A stretch of 32,000 nt of DNA from positions 600,001 to 632,000 of the forward strand of contig OY969931.1 of the NCBI GenBank assembly GCA_963704705.1, in the 5' to 3' direction. This stretch comes from an uncultured bacterium. Its GTDB lineage: Bacteria > Patescibacteriota > Gracilibacteria > UBA1369 > PNNO01. The notes beneath the pieces are model-generated. The model worked only from the letters and a program-made list of their open reading frames with translations. It ran no database searches and was not told the DNA's origin. The position numbers were made by a program, and so were the translations under genes. This document shows positions 26,352 to 32,000 of this stretch, piece by piece. Within the stretch, counting starts at the first letter, position 1; every line of letters begins with the position of its first letter.

Positions 26352-28958
26352 TTACTTCTTTTTAGCTTCTTTTAAAAGTTTAATTTCATCACCTTTCTTT
26401 GTAATAATAATTTTATCACCTTCTTTGAATTCTCCTTCAAGGAATTTATTTGTAAGAGGATCTTCAACATAATCCTGAATAGCTCTTCTGACAGGTCTAG
26501 CTCCATATTTTGGATCAAATCCTTTTTCAGCGAGAAGATCGATTGCGGTTTTAGTTGCTTCAATAGTGATTTTCTTAGATTTAAGTCTTTCCTGAAGCAT
26601 TGCCAAATGAAGTTTTACAATTTCTTTAATGTTATCTCGTGTTAAGGCTCTGAATACAATAGTTTTATCGATACGATTTAAAAATTCCGGTTTAAAATTC
26701 TCTTTAAGATCCTGTAATATCGCATTTTTTGTATTCTGATATTCATCTTCGGCAGCTTTTAGATCATCACCTTTTTGAGTAAATCCAATTGGAGCGGCTT
26801 TTTCAGTTAATTTATCAGCTCCAATATTTGATGTAAGTACAATTATTGTATTTTTAAAGTCTACTTTTCTGCCTTTACTGTCAGTTAATACACCGTCTTC
26901 AAGGATTTGAAGAAGTAAATTAAATACTTCCGGATGAGCTTTTTCAATTTCATCAAATAAAACTATTGAATAAGGCTTCCTTCTAACCAGTTCAGTTAAT
27001 TGACCTCCGTCGTCATAACCAACGTAACCGGCTGTAGTACCTATTAATCTTGAAGTGGTGTGGCGTTCCATAAATTCACTCATATCAATCTTAATAAGTG
27101 CGTCTTTATCATCATAAACTTCTTGTGCCAGTGCACGTACAAGTTCAGTTTTACCAACACCGGTTGGTCCCATAAATATGAATGAACCTATAGGTCTGTT
27201 TTCATCAGCAAATCCTGCTCTTGAACGTCTGATTGCTTTTGAAATAGCTTCAACAGCTTCATCTTGTCCAATAATTCTTTTCTTTAATTTATCGTCCAAA
27301 TTAATTAGATTCTGCATTTCTGATTTAATAAGTTTTGTAACCGGAATTCCAGTCATGCTTGCTATAACTTTAGCAATATCCTCTTCGGTTACTTTTTTTC
27401 GTTTACCTTTAGGTGTTTTAATTGATTTTGAGTTTTCAATCTGTTTAGCGAGCTCAAGTTCCTGATTTCTGAGTTCAGCTGCACGTTCATAATCCTGCAT
27501 TGAAACAGCTTCTTCTTTTTTTCTGATAACTTTACCCAATTCTTTTTGAAGTTTTTTAGACGTATCATTAGTACTTTTTGAATCAACACGTTTTAATGAT
27601 GCTGCTTCATCAATCAAATCGATAGCTTTATCAGGCAGAAATCTATCGTTTATATATCTTGCTGAAAGTGTGATTGAAGAATCGATTGCTTCATCTGTAA
27701 TATTCATATCATGGTGATCTTCAAAACTTTCACGAAGTCCTTCAAGCATTGCTTTTGATTCTTCAATACTTGGTTCTTCAACCATAATTGGCTGAAATCT
27801 TCTTTCAAGAGCTGCATCGCTTTCAATATGTTTGCGATATTCATTTGTTGTAGTTGCACCGATTACCTGAATTGCACCTCTTGATAAAGCCGGTTTTAAT
27901 ATATTTGCTGCATCAAGACTTCCTTCAGCTGATCCGGCACCAACAACAGTATGTACTTCATCAATAAATAAAATTGCATTGTTAACCTGTTTAAGTTCAT
28001 CAAGAATTTGTTTTACCCTTTCTTCAAATTCACCGCGATATTTTGTACCTGCAATAACAGATGTCATTGATAAAGAAAGTATACGTTTGTTTAAAAGCTG
28101 GTCAGGCACATTATCTTTTGATATAGCGAAAGCAAGGCCCTCAGCAATAGCTGTTTTACCAACACCAGGCTCACCAATAATCACAGGGTTATTCTTTGTT
28201 TTTCTGCATAAAATACTAACCATTCTTTTAATTTCTTTTTCACGTCCGATTACAGGATCTAATTTTCCTTTAACTGCTTCATTTACAAGATCAACTGTAA
28301 AGTAGTCCAGAGCAGGAGTTTTTGTTTTCTGCCCGTCTTTTTTCTTCTTTTTCTTATATTCCTCTTTTTCAACCTGTCCTACTAAAACACCCTGTAGTCC
28401 ATTCAAAAAGAATTCCATAGGATTCATTGGCTGACCATTTTGCTGCATTGGCATTGGATTATTGCCAGTTTGACCTTGTGCCTGCATTTCTTTGCCTTTT
28501 TCAAAAGTTTGAAGAATTTGATCTTTTACATCCAAAGGATTGATTTTCATGTTTTCCAATATTACAGTTGCAGCTGTATTTTCTTGTGAAACAAGCGCAT
28601 ATAATAAGTGCTCTGTTCCAATATATGAATGGTTATATTCTTCTCCTGATTTAACTGCTTCTTCAATAACTTTTTTAGCAAATCCGCTTAGGCCTGTTTT
28701 GCCATTTTGATTGATAGGCTTATTAGGTCTATTTAATCTTCCTACTGTTTTAAGTACCAACTCAACATTTTCGCTTGAAACGCCAAAATTGTGGAGTATA
28801 TGTGCTCCTAAAGAATTTGTCTGGGTTAAAATGCCCATTAATATATGTTCAGTACCAACGTAATCGAGGCCTGCAAATTTAGCTTTTTCCTGCGCTACAA
28901 TAAGCGCCTGCTTTGCTTCTTTAGTGAATTTTTCGAATCTGTGTGAATTATTTTCCAT
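26352..28958 (-). CDS. clpC: ATP-dependent Clp protease ATP-binding subunit ClpC
   Basis: 868 aa. Has a duplicated Clp_N repeat (G..YVGTEHIL.G / YIGTEHLLYAL), two AAA+ modules (GEPGVGKT, GPTGVGKT), and a UVR-like motif (MQDYERAAELRNQE) between them, as in ClpC rather than ClpB. Confidence 0.9.
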   Translation of the reverse strand: MENNSHRFEKFTKEAKQALIVAQEKAKFAGLDYVGTEHILMGILTQTNSLGAHILHNFGVSSENVELVLKTVGRLNRPNKPINQNGKTGLSGFAKKVIEEAVKSGEEYNHSYIGTEHLLYALVSQENTAATVILENMKINPLDVKDQILQTFEKGKEMQAQGQTGNNPMPMQQNGQPMNPMEFFLNGLQGVLVGQVEKEEYKKKKKKDGQKTKTPALDYFTVDLVNEAVKGKLDPVIGREKEIKRMVSILCRKTKNNPVIIGEPGVGKTAIAEGLAFAISKDNVPDQLLNKRILSLSMTSVIAGTKYRGEFEERVKQILDELKQVNNAILFIDEVHTVVGAGSAEGSLDAANILKPALSRGAIQVIGATTTNEYRKHIESDAALERRFQPIMVEEPSIEESKAMLEGLRESFEDHHDMNITDEAIDSSITLSARYINDRFLPDKAIDLIDEAASLKRVDSKSTNDTSKKLQKELGKVIRKKEEAVSMQDYERAAELRNQELELAKQIENSKSIKTPKGKRKKVTEEDIAKVIASMTGIPVTKLIKSEMQNLINLDDKLKKRIIGQDEAVEAISKAIRRSRAGFADENRPIGSFIFMGPTGVGKTELVRALAQEVYDDKDALIKIDMSEFMERHTTSRLIGTTAGYVGYDDGGQLTELVRRKPYSIVLFDEIEKAHPEVFNLLLQILEDGVLTDSKGRKVDFKNTIIVLTSNIGADKLTEKAAPIGFTQKGDDLKAAEDEYQNTKNAILQDLKENFKPEFLNRIDKTIVFRALTRDNIKEIVKLHLAMLQERLKSKKITIEATKTAIDLLAEKGFDPKYGARPVRRAIQDYVEDPLTNKFLEGEFKEGDKIIITKKGDEIKLLKEAKKK

Positions 28959-29098
28959 TTCTAGTAGTTAAATATATTAATATAAAGTCTTTATATTCTA
29001 GCATAAATAGGACAATTTTTGAATTCCTTATGCTTATTTTCAACTTTACTTACAAGTAAATTTATGTTGTATAAATTTATTGAACAAAACATATTAAA

Positions 29099-29125
29099 TT
29101 AGCACTCTTTATTTTAGAGTGCTAA
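29099..29125. promoter_or_regulatory. CIRCE operator (HrcA-binding inverted repeat), perfect consensus
   Basis: TTAGCACTC-TTTATTTTA-GAGTGCTAA is an exact match to TTAGCACTC-N9-GAGTGCTAA. It lies 141 nt upstream of the clpC start. Confidence 0.85.
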
Positions 29126-29139
29126 TTGTTTGAAGTCAA
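29111..29139 (-). promoter_or_regulatory. Sigma70-type promoter overlapping CIRCE, directed at clpC
   Basis: On the minus strand: TTGACT (29139-29134), 17 nt, then TAAAAT (29116-29111). The -10 hexamer sits inside the N9 spacer of CIRCE. A second, weaker candidate (TTCAAA-N17-TAGAAT, 29023-28995) lies downstream. Confidence 0.5.
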
Positions 29140-29149
29140 TAAGAAATTT

Positions 29150-30808
29150 TTAGAGATCCTGAATACTTGCGGCCATATCTATAATATACTGTTCGTTTTC
29201 AGCTCCTCCATGAACTTTATACAATAGCCCATCATCTCTTTTTATATAGATTGCCATTTCGCCGCCATCATAAACTTTTACTCCTGTATGGCTTCCAACT
29301 GAAATGCTGCTTCCGGAAGGTAAGCTTCCTGAAACAATATCAATACTTACCATCTCGTTTCCATTTTCTACAGGTTCGTTGCTGAATCCGTAATGGTGAG
29401 ATACATCACCACCGCCGTTTGTGCCGCTAAAATACCAATTTGAAGGGTATTGAGCATTAAAATCATATGGAGAACTTTCAAAATATCTGTAACCTTCTTT
29501 TACAGTAGCTGCTTCTTCAGCACCTGTGTCAGTTAGATTCACTATGGTTTTTTCAGCTGATTCAACGGGATTTTCTCCCTCAACTCTTTGCCATGAAGTT
29601 GTTTCACCTGGTTTGAAATACCCAACTACATCTGTATTTAATCCGCCATTTTGATTATAAGTGAGAAGTACTCTTCTATAAGCGCTTCCGTCAGTATATT
29701 CAACATAAACATAATTTGGATCTACAAATTCAAAATTTGTTGCTTTCCATGTGCCTGATTCTGATTCCTCTGGTGCAATAGTATCAATAGTTTCATTTAT
29801 ATATTGAGCAATTACACCGTAAGAACTGCTTGTAGCAACAGGTTGTGATGCTGGCTCCGGCTCAGCTACTGGTTCAGCTTTTGGCACATCCTCCACAACT
29901 GGTATGTCCTCTTTGACATCTTCTTTTGTTGTTTGATCTTCAGGTACTTCTACTACAGGCAAATCTGTTTCTTGCTCATTCATTCCTATAAATTGAAATG
30001 TTGATAGCATACTGAAGAAAGTATTCCTGTTATTTAAAGTATTTGTATTGTCAGCACCCTTAAAGCTGAATACGTATAGATATTCATTTCGTGTAAGCCA
30101 AACATTTACTTCCAATTTATCTGAACTTTCTTTTTTAAGTCCTTCAAGTTTGTCGATTCCAATTAAGCTTTGAGTATAACCTAAATTACTGAGTTCATCA
30201 GCGTCTGATGGAAGTTCAAGAAATGTTTCCACTTGTTCTTTATCAGGATTTGGAAGTCTTTTAATTATGATTAAATCAGGTTTTGTTTGATCCATTGTTG
30301 TCTCTTCAGCTGCTGTAACTTCAGGTTTAACAACCGGTGCGGTAAAAGTCACTTCGTCTGTGCCTTCTTCAACTTTCCAGCTATCCAAATAAGTTAAACT
30401 AAAACCAAGATCTGCATTTTTATATTCCTGTTGAGTTCCTGTTTCAGTTGTATCTTCTACTAAATCGATACTTCTAACATCCATAATATCTTTCCCGTCT
30501 TCTGCATTACCTAAAACACCTCTTACTTCAACTTTTTTATTTAGATATTTTTCCTGATCTAAATCGATATTATTACTTTTAAGTCTTATTGTGTGGCCTC
30601 CGCTTACTTCAAGTAGATGAGTGCCTTCTCCCACACTCATTCCGCCCAAAGATTTTAGTGTTCCAATTCTTTTTTGCTGAACCTGTTCTTCAGCAAGTGT
30701 ATTATTGTTCTGTTCTCCGTCAAAAGGCCAGCATCCGCTAGCAATCATAGAAAAACTTAGTAGCATAATAATAAGAAGACCCTTCGAAAGGAATGATCTG
30801 GTTTTCAT
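29150..30808 (-). CDS. Hypothetical lipoprotein (552 aa)
   Basis: N-terminus is MKTRSFLSKGLLIIMLLSFSMIASG|C (signal peptide plus lipobox). An acidic/Pro-rich central linker is present (PVVEVPEDQTTKEDVKEDIPVVEDVPKAEPVAEPEP). No family was recognised. Confidence 0.75.
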   Translation of the reverse strand: MKTRSFLSKGLLIIMLLSFSMIASGCWPFDGEQNNNTLAEEQVQQKRIGTLKSLGGMSVGEGTHLLEVSGGHTIRLKSNNIDLDQEKYLNKKVEVRGVLGNAEDGKDIMDVRSIDLVEDTTETGTQQEYKNADLGFSLTYLDSWKVEEGTDEVTFTAPVVKPEVTAAEETTMDQTKPDLIIIKRLPNPDKEQVETFLELPSDADELSNLGYTQSLIGIDKLEGLKKESSDKLEVNVWLTRNEYLYVFSFKGADNTNTLNNRNTFFSMLSTFQFIGMNEQETDLPVVEVPEDQTTKEDVKEDIPVVEDVPKAEPVAEPEPASQPVATSSSYGVIAQYINETIDTIAPEESESGTWKATNFEFVDPNYVYVEYTDGSAYRRVLLTYNQNGGLNTDVVGYFKPGETTSWQRVEGENPVESAEKTIVNLTDTGAEEAATVKEGYRYFESSPYDFNAQYPSNWYFSGTNGGGDVSHHYGFSNEPVENGNEMVSIDIVSGSLPSGSSISVGSHTGVKVYDGGEMAIYIKRDDGLLYKVHGGAENEQYIIDMAASIQDL

Positions 30809-30869
30809 AATTAATAGATTAAAGTGTACATATAATTGGCTTTGATAAAAAGCAATCAGAATTATATCA

Positions 30870-31901
30870 TCACTTTATAATATTTGTAAATTCATATCCA
30901 AGATGTTCAAATGCAACTTTGGTCGCTATTCTTCCGCGATGAGTTCTTTCCAACATCCCGATTTTTAAAAGGTAAGGTTCGTATACTTCTTCAATTGTAT
31001 TTTGTTCTTCGGATGTGGCTGCGGATATTGCACTTAAGCCAACTGGTCCGCCACTAAATTTACTGATTATCAATTCTAAAATATCTCTGTCTGCCTGGTC
31101 TAAACCTATGTTATCAATACCAAGTGAAGAAAGACCTTCTTTAGCGGCTTCCAGGTTGATTGTGTCTAGATTCTTTACTTCAGCAAAATCCCTGATTCGT
31201 TTTAATAATCGATTTGCTATTCTTGGTGTCTGTCTTGAACTTTTTGAGATTTCCTTCGCTGCATTATCCTCAATTTTAAAATTCAATAAATTTGATGTTC
31301 TTTTAATTATTTCAAAAATATCCGCATTTGAATAAAAAGTAAGTTTAAATATGTTTCCGAAACGATCACGAAGCGGTGAAGATAGAAGGCTTACTTTTGT
31401 TGTTGCACCAATCAATGTGAATTTTGGAAGGTTGAGTCTTACTGATTTTGCGGAAGGACCCTGACCAATTATTATATCAATTCCAAAATCTTCCATGGCA
31501 GTATATAGAATTTCTTCGATTGCAGGTCTTAATCGGTGTATTTCATCAATAAATAAAATATCGTTTTCTTTTAAATTTGTTAGTATTGCAGCCAAATCTC
31601 CCTGTTTTTCCAATGCAGGTCCTGAAGTCATTTTAATGCTGACATTCATTTCTTTGGCAATAATATGAGCAAGGGTTGTTTTACCAAGTCCTGCCGGACC
31701 ATGTAATAAGATATGATCAAGAGGCTCTTTACGTTTTTTTGTGGCCTGAATTGCAATAGCTAAATTATTTTTTATTTCCTGCTGACCAATATATTCATCA
31801 AAATTTTGAGGTCTTAAAGTGAAATCCGGAATTATCTCCGTATTATCAACTATTCTTTCCGGTTTTTTTTTAGGTAAATTTGATATGCCTTCTTCAATCA
31901 T
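30870..31901 (-). CDS. ruvB: Holliday junction branch-migration helicase RuvB
   Basis: 343 aa. Has LRPQ.F.EYIGQ, Walker A ([11 protein letters not shown]), Walker B (LFIDEIHRL), sensor motifs and a C-terminal winged helix. Confidence 0.95.
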   Translation of the reverse strand: MIEEGISNLPKKKPERIVDNTEIIPDFTLRPQNFDEYIGQQEIKNNLAIAIQATKKRKEPLDHILLHGPAGLGKTTLAHIIAKEMNVSIKMTSGPALEKQGDLAAILTNLKENDILFIDEIHRLRPAIEEILYTAMEDFGIDIIIGQGPSAKSVRLNLPKFTLIGATTKVSLLSSPLRDRFGNIFKLTFYSNADIFEIIKRTSNLLNFKIEDNAAKEISKSSRQTPRIANRLLKRIRDFAEVKNLDTINLEAAKEGLSSLGIDNIGLDQADRDILELIISKFSGGPVGLSAISAATSEEQNTIEEVYEPYLLKIGMLERTHRGRIATKVAFEHLGYEFTNIIK

Positions 31902-31906
31902 ATTTA

Positions 31907-32000
31907 TTATTCAGTAACAGGAACAGTAGTAGCGTTAATTTCGCAAGTATTTGGTTTACAGCCTTCAATATGCTGTGATAAGAACTTTTTAATACCCTCA
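31907..32000 (-). CDS. 3' end of an unidentified gene (only 30 codons in the window)
   Basis: On the minus strand, one frame reads ...[33 protein letters not shown] (stop at 31907-31909), 5 nt upstream of ruvB. A second frame is also open, so the call is tentative. Confidence 0.3.
   Translation of the reverse strand, partial: EGIKKFLSQHIEGCKPNTCEINATTVPVTE

Noticed and set aside
28959-29149. A CtsR operator (tandem GGTCAAA heptads) upstream of clpC.
   Set aside because: Only a single AGTCAAT is present, and it is part of the TTGACT -35 box. There is no direct heptad repeat.
12068-31335. Short antisense or off-frame ORFs inside backbone genes, for example 12068-12289, 13244-13471, 16830-17132, 17940-18353, 25439-25687, 27979-28305 and 31015-31335.
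   Set aside because: Each is fully nested in a longer ORF with clear family motifs on the opposite strand or in another frame. Their translations are Ser/Phe/Leu/Ile-rich, as expected for antisense AT-rich coding DNA.

Overview
This 32-kb window is a sharp compositional mosaic. GC values below are hand counts on sampled 60-nt lines.

(i) nt 1 to ~8020 is GC-rich (60-70% G+C). It holds the 3' end of an outer-membrane-barrel-like gene and then one enormous gene (887-7990, ~2,370 codons if three single-base frame breaks are repaired). That gene encodes a lipoprotein signal, 59 tandem 33-34-aa six-cysteine repeats of the Myxococcus cysteine-rich type, and 8 Cys-bracketed DNDGDG calcium-loop-like repeats with a Cys-rich C-terminal module.

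(ii) nt ~8020-9790 is AT-rich. Its gene (8189-9586) has the same DNDGDG-repeat plus C-terminal-module architecture as the tail of the giant gene, but written in AT-rich codons.

(iii) nt ~9790-10600 is a second GC-rich block (~52-58%). It consists of just an SD, a small lipoprotein gene and a GC-rich terminator.

(iv) nt 10.6-32 kb is ordinary low-GC backbone (~30-37%), almost all on the minus strand: PfkB kinase, rmlA, rmlD, proS, rmlB, an FdtA-like cupin, infB, rmuC, a UvrD-type helicase-nuclease, one orphan plus-strand protein, rpsA, clpC, a lipoprotein and ruvB.

Other signals:
- The two GC-rich genes whose starts are visible carry canonical Shine-Dalgarno sites, while none of the 14 backbone starts does.
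- A perfect CIRCE operator overlaps a promoter upstream of clpC.
- A ~440-nt promoter-to-terminator intergenic unit is full of cUUCGg hairpins and is a candidate structured ncRNA.

No integrase, transposase, tRNA, rRNA or CRISPR array was seen. Donor and host lineages cannot be named from the sequence alone.
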